Shown here piece by piece: positions 48,011 through 54,075 of a stretch of DNA of 54,075 nucleotides. The DNA lies in contig NW_026783112.1 in NCBI RefSeq assembly GCF_031769215.1, positions 1 through 54,075 on the forward strand, read 5' to 3'. The notes beneath the pieces are model-generated. The model saw nothing but the letters and a program-made list of their open reading frames with translations. It made no database searches and had not been told where the DNA came from. The stretch comes from Ylistrum balloti (Eukaryota). Numbering within the stretch: position 1 is the first letter of the stretch; every line of letters begins with the position of its first letter. The position numbers and the translations under genes were made by a program.

Positions 48011-48421
48011 TATGTTTTGAGAGTTTAAAATTTCACCTAAATGAAGTCCAAAGCAATATTGAAAAAATTTGATTTCCTAAACCCCAATAAATTGATACTT
48101 TTTTATGACTCAATTAGCTCAGATATAGATTTAATTAATCGTAATTCAATTACCACAAGGAAATTAATTTTGATTTTATAGATTGGAAGTAAATTTTTAT
48201 TTTTTTAATTGGAATCCTTAACAAATTAGTTTTTCTCGTTTATTTTTAATAGTACTTAGTGGGTTGGTGTATTGCCGATAATAATTACACTGAAACTTAT
48301 TCAAAACCTGGCTTTTTATATAATTAAAATTCTTTAATTATTCGATAATAATACAGGAGAAGTATTTATGTTAAAACTCTTCAGCAATGAATTAATGAAA
48401 AGTGTTAAAATAATAACCTAA

Positions 48422-49153
48422 ATGACATCAATGAATAAAAAATTTCTTTTAACTGTCCTTTTCTTATTTTTTTCCACCCACGTGCTTGCTCAAAATTTCA
48501 AATATGAGAAACCAGAGCAAATCGTTGAAGAAACTAAGTTGCCGTCTGAAATTCCAGAAGAAGAATCGTTAAAACCTATTCTGGAAGAATCCCCTCTCCA
48601 TCGATTTGCTCTTGGCTACTATTTTGTTTTAAATGGTGATGATATTGGTTTTGGTATTAACTTTACTTCCCCTTATCTTTTATCTAATTTGCTGTCCTTT
48701 TATTTGGACTCCATTATTTTTATGGTGGATAGTGAGACCCTATACCCTGAGGAGCCAGTTAATACAGATTACAATCTTTATCAGATTTACGGAGTTTTTC
48801 GATTAGGATCTCAAATAGCCTACACTACAGAAAAATTTCGAGGTTACGGGAAATTTGGTTTGAGCTTGATTTTGGTAAGGGATAAAAGTTGGGAAGACTA
48901 TTTTAACGTTCGAAACAATATATCAACCGTGAATAATAAAGGACCAGACATCATGGTGGGGCTTCACTTCATGCTTGGTTTTGAAGTTCTAGTTTCAAAG
49001 ATGATTTCCCTCTATACGGAAGGTGGATTCGAATTTCTAATTGAAGGGAACATTAATCCAGAAAATGCTAGAAACCAAGCCGTTATTTCTTCAAACAGTA
49101 AAATAAGGGAACTCAGTTTTAATTTTCTTTTTGGATCTAAAATTTATTTTTAA
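48422..49153 (+). CDS. Putative outer-membrane beta-barrel protein
   Basis: Cleavable signal (FLLTVLFLFFSTHVLA/QN), alternating hydrophobic strands, C-terminal FNFLFGSKIYF ending in an aromatic residue. Confidence 0.55.
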   Translation: MTSMNKKFLLTVLFLFFSTHVLAQNFKYEKPEQIVEETKLPSEIPEEESLKPILEESPLHRFALGYYFVLNGDDIGFGINFTSPYLLSNLLSFYLDSIIFMVDSETLYPEEPVNTDYNLYQIYGVFRLGSQIAYTTEKFRGYGKFGLSLILVRDKSWEDYFNVRNNISTVNNKGPDIMVGLHFMLGFEVLVSKMISLYTEGGFEFLIEGNINPENARNQAVISSNSKIRELSFNFLFGSKIYF

Positions 49154-49298
49154 ATTAAATCTCGACCCTAATTTATATAATCTGGCTTTGAATATGCCTA
49201 ATCATAAAACTCAATGGGTTTGTCATATTTTAATGGGAACTAAACTACATTATGTATAGTATGAATATACTGGATTAGGTAGGCAGTTGACTTTTAAG

Positions 49299-49328
49299 TT
49301 GACCTAGTGGAGTTACTTATATTATAAT
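49299..49328 (+). promoter_or_regulatory. Putative sigma70 promoter of the Brx-rhodanese operon
   Basis: TTGACC, 18 nt, TATAAT; about 28 nt upstream of the ATG. Confidence 0.45.
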
Positions 49329-49356
49329 TAATATCATTCAATATGAGGAATTTCCA

Positions 49357-50127
49357 ATGTATGACAAAGTAATGACCGATGAGATGAAGAAGGAGTTAAC
49401 AAGTAAAGGAGTTGAAGACCTAAGCTCTCCCGATCAAGTCGACAGTTTTTTAAAAGAAAACTCAAGAAGTGTTGCAATTTTTATTAATTCTGTTTGTGGG
49501 TGTTCAGCTGGAATAGCAAGACCTGCTTTTATTGATTCAATTAAACACTCAAAAAGGCCAGACAAAATTGGGACGGTTTTTGCCGGAGTTGATAAAGAAG
49601 CTACCGAACAAGTTCGAAACTACTTGGAGGGCTATCCTCCATCATCACCATCGATTGCTCTTTTTAGGGAAAATGAAGTGGTACATGTTATTGAAAGAAG
49701 TGATATTGAGGGATTTGATCCCCAAACATTAAAACAATGCATTGAGCAGGCCTATCAAAAATTCTGTGGTGAAACCATAGATGAAAGTATCGAGCTCAAA
49801 CGCCCAGCTGATTTTTTAGAAAAAGAAGTAGAAGAGGTCAAAGAAGCCTTATCTAATCGAAGTATCCAGTTACTTGATTGCCGCAGTCAGCAAGAGAGAG
49901 AATTAGCAAATATTGAGGGAAGTATCTTTCTTACTCAAGAATTAGCAGAGGAAATGATACAAAACTGGGATCGCGATCAAGAAATAGTCTTCTTTTGTCA
50001 TCATGGAAATCGTAGTTTGCAGGCTGTGCATTATTTTAAACAGAATGGTTTCCCCAATTGTTATAGCATGAAGGGGGGTATTAATCTTTGGTCTCAAAAA
50101 ATTGACAAAACCATACCTACTTACTGA
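49357..50127 (+). CDS. BrxA/BrxB (bacilliredoxin, YphP/YqiW) domain fused to a rhodanese domain
   Basis: INSVCGCSAGIARP (CGC motif), TVFAGVDKEAT..R, PPSSPSIALF; C-terminal LLDCR, VFFCHHGNRS, GGINLWSQKID..PTY. Confidence 0.88.
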   Translation: MYDKVMTDEMKKELTSKGVEDLSSPDQVDSFLKENSRSVAIFINSVCGCSAGIARPAFIDSIKHSKRPDKIGTVFAGVDKEATEQVRNYLEGYPPSSPSIALFRENEVVHVIERSDIEGFDPQTLKQCIEQAYQKFCGETIDESIELKRPADFLEKEVEEVKEALSNRSIQLLDCRSQQERELANIEGSIFLTQELAEEMIQNWDRDQEIVFFCHHGNRSLQAVHYFKQNGFPNCYSMKGGINLWSQKIDKTIPTY

Positions 50128-50144
50128 TTTTAGACAATCCAAAA

Positions 50145-50927
50145 ATGGACTTCATTATTCGCAACATTAGAAATTTTTTAAGTGATGAAAAAAAAATAAG
50201 GCTTCTGTTAACTCTTTTCATATTAACGGTTGTGCTTGTTCTATTAGGTTACGGATATGTGATTTATCAAGATCAACAAGAGAAAAAGGTGAGTTTCTTG
50301 GTTAATGAGTTGGTGACTAAAAAGAATGATGCTATCCAAGTTCATGAAGAAAAAGGGGACTCAGAGGGAGACTTCACATTTAAGAAGAAAATTACCGAAG
50401 TCAAAGATCGATTCAATGATATTTATATTCAATATTCCTCAACAAAGAACGGGTTAAGGGCACTTCTCATTTCTTCAGAATTAGAGATTCTTCTAGAAAA
50501 CTATGCAGAAGCAAGGGATAAGCTTCTTGTAATCGTTGAGAAGCATCAAAATAGTTATTTATCGCCTATAGCCTTTTACAGTTTAGCCATGGTTTACGAG
50601 GCGTTAGATGACTATCCCCAAGCTCTTGCTACTTTAGATGTTTTTAATAATGAATTCACCCTTCATTACTTAAAACCCATGGCTCTTTTGGCACAGGCAC
50701 GTTATCAAAAGAAACTTGGCAATACAGATCAGGCTATAGAAATTTATAATAATATTCTTGCTAATGAAGAATTTAACTTCGTAGCAGAGAAAACTCAAAG
50801 AGCGATTGCTATCATAGAGTTGGAAAATAGTAGGACGACTTCAAAACGAGAGGGGGCATCAGATATCAAACAAGATTTTGAGGAAGAAAGTTCAGATCAA
50901 CTTTATGAACAATTCAATACTAATTAA
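50145..50927 (+). CDS. Membrane-anchored tetratricopeptide repeat protein (YfgM-like)
   Basis: Single N-terminal TM followed by TPR-like helices (AFYSLAMVYEALDDYPQA, ALLAQARYQKKLGNTDQAIEIY). Confidence 0.65.
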   Translation: MDFIIRNIRNFLSDEKKIRLLLTLFILTVVLVLLGYGYVIYQDQQEKKVSFLVNELVTKKNDAIQVHEEKGDSEGDFTFKKKITEVKDRFNDIYIQYSSTKNGLRALLISSELEILLENYAEARDKLLVIVEKHQNSYLSPIAFYSLAMVYEALDDYPQALATLDVFNNEFTLHYLKPMALLAQARYQKKLGNTDQAIEIYNNILANEEFNFVAEKTQRAIAIIELENSRTTSKREGASDIKQDFEEESSDQLYEQFNTN

Positions 50928-50928
50928 A

Positions 50929-50958
50929 GAGGGTAGAAAAGTTTATTTTCCTACCCTC
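50929..50958. terminator. GC-rich hairpin right after the TPR gene
   Basis: GAGGGTAG...CTACCCTC 8-bp stem; no U-tract on the + strand, so a terminator role is uncertain. Confidence 0.4.
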
Positions 50959-51052
50959 AAAGGGCAACCACGTATCTCGGGAGGGAAAATGACATACTTA
51001 GTTGACCTTATTATAAGGTCGGAAAGTAACCTTTTAATTTTTAATTAACCTA

Positions 51053-52837
51053 TTGTTTTTTAATAATAAATCCCCTAACTTTCTTCTTTTTTGCCTTATT
51101 TTTTCAAGTTTTTTAAACGCCCAAGACCTGGTTTTGAAAAACCCTTTTTTATTAAAAAAACAGTTTTTCGGGGTCAAATCCATTAGCAATGTAGTTGTTT
51201 CGACTAAGGAAGTAGGTTTCATTGATTCACCCTCCTCCGTCTACATTCGTTTTAAATTGCTTAATGAAAAAGGTTGGATCGTTACTGATCAAGTAAAGGA
51301 TTCAATATCTTATCGGCTTAAAAGAGGAAAGGAAATCTATCCGATAAAGCATCTTACTCATTCAGCTCAAGATGGTTCTTTTGGAAAGCTACAGCTACCC
51401 CGAGTAGAGAAATCAGGAAAGTATGACTTTGAAATTACTTATCAAAATTCATTAAAGAAAGTTAGTCGCGTTTTTAAACAGTTTTTTATTTATCGGGAAA
51501 GGAAAGTCGACTTGATTTTTCTTATTGATAATAGTGGAAGCATGACACGCAATGACCCTTCTAATCTTCGTTATCAATCCATTTACAAAGTGGTTAATAG
51601 TTCCACTATAGCTTCTAAAATTAGTCAAGTTGCTATTATAGGGTTTTCAGATACAACAGATGTTATTTTTCCATTCAATCCACCTTCTAAGTTGATTGCT
51701 GATTGGGGAAAAATTCGATTTGCCATTAAGGGGAATACAGATTTTGGATTGGCATTCTCTCGGGTGGAAGAAGTTATCAAGAAAGATACAAGTAGGAATA
51801 AAAAGGTCGTTATTTTTCTTACGGATGGAAGGAGTAATGTTGATTATAAAGATCAGCATCTAAAAATTCGGGATTTAGGTTTTCCAGTCTATACTGTCGG
51901 TTTATTTTCTTCTAATAATCCGAAAGAATACACTCCGAAACTTCTTCAAAAGATTGCTCAAGAAACACAAGGGGAATTTATGGAAGGCGATCAAAGGCTT
52001 GTTGAAAGCATCTTTGAAAGAATGATTATTCATTCTACAAGCGATAAAAATGACTTTGTAATGGCAAGATTAAAGAGGCAATATGCTTTTAATGAAATGA
52101 TTAATATTCACTATCAAGCCTCTCCTCATTATAAAGGGAATCTAACTTATCAAATAGATATTGAATCAAGGGGCAAGCGAGTGGAAGCTCAATTATTTTC
52201 CCAAAAATGGGGAAGAATTAGTTTGTTTCCCTTAGAAATTCAAGACAGTGATTATTTTTTAACCAATAATTCAAGAAATGGGATTTTTTTATTGAAAGTT
52301 ACTTTTTTTATCAAAGGTAAAATTATTTTTAAACGGACTTATCGTATAGAAATAAAGGGTGACCCATTGATAAAAGTTCAAACATTGCTTAATTTTGAAG
52401 AAATTAATTTTCTTAACTATGACACCCGTTATTTCGAATTAATTAATGAAGGTGATAAAGGTTCATTTGTCAATTTTGAACATGTTTTTTTAGAAAATCC
52501 AGGGGTTGCACCAGTTATTTCTTTCAATAAAATTCTTATCTTTATGCGACCTGGAGAGAAGAGCTTACAATCTATTACTTTTCACCCTTTTTCTCCACTG
52601 GTCGGCAAGGAAAACGATCAATTCTATCTCATTATTAAAACGGATATCGGAGATTTTCTAAACCAAATTCATTACTCAGTGACTTCAAAAATTGACCGAT
52701 TAACAAGAATTTCTAAAAAAAATCAAATTGACAGTATGATTGTTTTTAATAAAACGGTTAGTTTTTATCTTCTTTTAATTTTAACAACTTTTTTTTTTAT
52801 ATTTTTTTTAATTTTAAAGGTTTTAAGAAAAAAATAA
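51053..52837 (+). CDS. Exported, C-terminally anchored von Willebrand factor A domain protein
   Basis: Signal peptide; MIDAS DLIFLIDNSGSM, GNTDFGLA, VIFLTDG, VYTVG, LQKIAQETQG; C-terminal TM followed by KVLRKK. Confidence 0.85.
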   Translation: MFFNNKSPNFLLFCLIFSSFLNAQDLVLKNPFLLKKQFFGVKSISNVVVSTKEVGFIDSPSSVYIRFKLLNEKGWIVTDQVKDSISYRLKRGKEIYPIKHLTHSAQDGSFGKLQLPRVEKSGKYDFEITYQNSLKKVSRVFKQFFIYRERKVDLIFLIDNSGSMTRNDPSNLRYQSIYKVVNSSTIASKISQVAIIGFSDTTDVIFPFNPPSKLIADWGKIRFAIKGNTDFGLAFSRVEEVIKKDTSRNKKVVIFLTDGRSNVDYKDQHLKIRDLGFPVYTVGLFSSNNPKEYTPKLLQKIAQETQGEFMEGDQRLVESIFERMIIHSTSDKNDFVMARLKRQYAFNEMINIHYQASPHYKGNLTYQIDIESRGKRVEAQLFSQKWGRISLFPLEIQDSDYFLTNNSRNGIFLLKVTFFIKGKIIFKRTYRIEIKGDPLIKVQTLLNFEEINFLNYDTRYFELINEGDKGSFVNFEHVFLENPGVAPVISFNKILIFMRPGEKSLQSITFHPFSPLVGKENDQFYLIIKTDIGDFLNQIHYSVTSKIDRLTRISKKNQIDSMIVFNKTVSFYLLLILTTFFFIFFLILKVLRKK

Positions 52838-53135
52838 AGATTAATTTTTTAACTTTTTTCTAATAATAATCAAGATTTTTTTAAAATTTATAAAAATTTA
52901 TTGTTATAAATTTTTGATTTTTTTTGTAGATTTTTAATTTTTTTATAAGAAATAATATCAAATATTTCATTTCTTTATTCTAAAGTTGAAAATATAAAAC
53001 CTAACTTTCTTATATTTTCAAGACTTTATAATAATGGGGCAAAAAGATAATCAATTTTTTCATGATTAGTTAGAGTATTGTTGTTATAATTTATAATAAC
53101 AGTGATAATATAAGCAGGTATTTAGGGAGTGGAAA

Positions 53136-54075
53136 ATGACAAAAATTAATTATATAGTTAAAAGAAATAAAACTAAAGAGATTTTCAATCCAGATAGGAT
53201 TTACAATGCTATTCGGAAGGCTTTCATTAGTCAGGGGTATACTGCTAATCAAATACCAGAAAATCTAACTTCGGAAGTAGTTGCTAAAGTTGAAAAGCAA
53301 TTTAACGAAGATAATCTCCCTGAAGTCGAATCAGTGCAGGATATTGTCGAGAATATCCTTATTCTTTCACATTTTGGAGATGTTGCAAGAGCCTACATTA
53401 TTTATCGCGAAGAGCATAAAAAAATTAGGCAAGAGAAGGTTTTAAAGGAAATCAAAGAAAAGAAAATCCACTTCACGACCGATGATGGGGAAAGACTTAT
53501 TTTAACCGAGGGCATCATCAAAGATCGCATTGTTACATTAGCAAAGGGACTTGATCATGTGGAAATAGAAAAACTAGTTGATTCGGTAAGTCGCGGTCTT
53601 TATGATGGTATTTTACAAAAAGAAATTAGCCATCTTTGCCTCAAAGAAATTGAAAGCCTGACAGATCGTCATTACGATTATTCTAGCTGTGCTGCTCGCC
53701 TGCTTTTAGATGAACTTTATAAAAGAATTTTAGGGTCTCATTTTGGATCCAAGCAAATTAATAAACTCTATCAAAAAAAGTTTAGCGATTATATCAACCT
53801 TGGAGTCTCTCAGGAATTACTTAATCCTCAATTACAAAGCTTCGACCTTGAAAAAATTTCTAAAGCTATTAATCATAATAGAGATTCCAAATTTTATTAT
53901 TTGGGGATGCAGACTATTTATGATCGCTACTTGTTAAAAACTAGAAACAAGGATGTACGTAAGAAGGCAGTTTTTGAACTTCCTCAATGGATGTGGATGA
54001 GAGTAGCAATGGGTCTGTCCTTGTCTGAGAAAAAAGAAATTCAAGAAGAGAAAGCAATTGAATTTTATAATGTTC
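53136..54075 (+). CDS. nrdA: Class Ia ribonucleotide reductase alpha subunit, N-terminal part with tandem ATP-cones (runs off the window; not in the ORF track)
   Basis: RBS AGGGAG; MTKINYIVKRNK..FNPDRIYNAIRKAF..VESVQDIVE..ARAYIIYREEHKKIR; second cone; AARLLLDELYK; YLGMQTIYDRYLL; ELPQWMWMRVAMGL. Confidence 0.92.
   Translation, partial: MTKINYIVKRNKTKEIFNPDRIYNAIRKAFISQGYTANQIPENLTSEVVAKVEKQFNEDNLPEVESVQDIVENILILSHFGDVARAYIIYREEHKKIRQEKVLKEIKEKKIHFTTDDGERLILTEGIIKDRIVTLAKGLDHVEIEKLVDSVSRGLYDGILQKEISHLCLKEIESLTDRHYDYSSCAARLLLDELYKRILGSHFGSKQINKLYQKKFSDYINLGVSQELLNPQLQSFDLEKISKAINHNRDSKFYYLGMQTIYDRYLLKTRNKDVRKKAVFELPQWMWMRVAMGLSLSEKKEIQEEKAIEFYNV

Noticed and set aside
37587-48421. Mobile-element boundaries for the glycan island
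   Set aside because: No transposase, integrase, terminal inverted repeats or flanking direct repeats recognised by eye; island status rests on composition and gene content only
52838-53135. AT-rich gap as oriC or hidden small gene; NrdR box
   Set aside because: No DnaA boxes, only low-complexity ORFs under 30 codons, and no convincing NrdR palindrome seen

Overview
About 54 kb of low-GC bacterial chromosome from a diderm: it carries LolA, ADP-heptose enzymes and a beta-barrel-like protein. CtaB, a c-type cytochrome and class Ia RNR suggest an oxygen-tolerant lifestyle. The ftsK-lolA-rodZ-pgsA order plus FabV and a PASTA-only protein are compatible with a spirochete-like lineage (inference only). 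Positions 1-37.6 kb and 48.4-54 kb are densely coding housekeeping DNA with no frameshifts that I could see: prfA, fmt, fabH, purD, ftsK, purA, asd, hom, uvrD, fabV, ctaB, nrdA and one tRNA-Ala(TGC). Between them (about 37.7-48.0 kb) is an extremely AT-rich glycan-biosynthesis island, the most interesting part of the window. It encodes GT11-like and GT10 fucosyltransferases, GT2/GT-A and GT4 glycosyltransferases and two methyltransferases. Its right half is a tandem triplication of a [promoter-like leader + GT2 gene (+ GT-A gene)] cassette. The copies have diverged in patches, and one carries a microhomology-bounded 643-bp deletion. Almost every island gene from 39.7 to 47.9 kb is broken by short indels, mostly +/-1, in A/T homopolymers, while 11-12 nt runs outside the island are in frame. 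This could be phase variation or decay, or a local sequencing/polishing artefact; sequence alone cannot decide. Other oddities: a sigma70-family factor lacking the W-dyad and Q437/R584 equivalents, an RfaE(II)-GmhB fusion, a bacilliredoxin-rhodanese fusion and an RsgA with little or no OB fold. No CRISPR array, transposase, integrase or reverse transcriptase was recognised. All family assignments come from motif recognition by eye, not from database searches.
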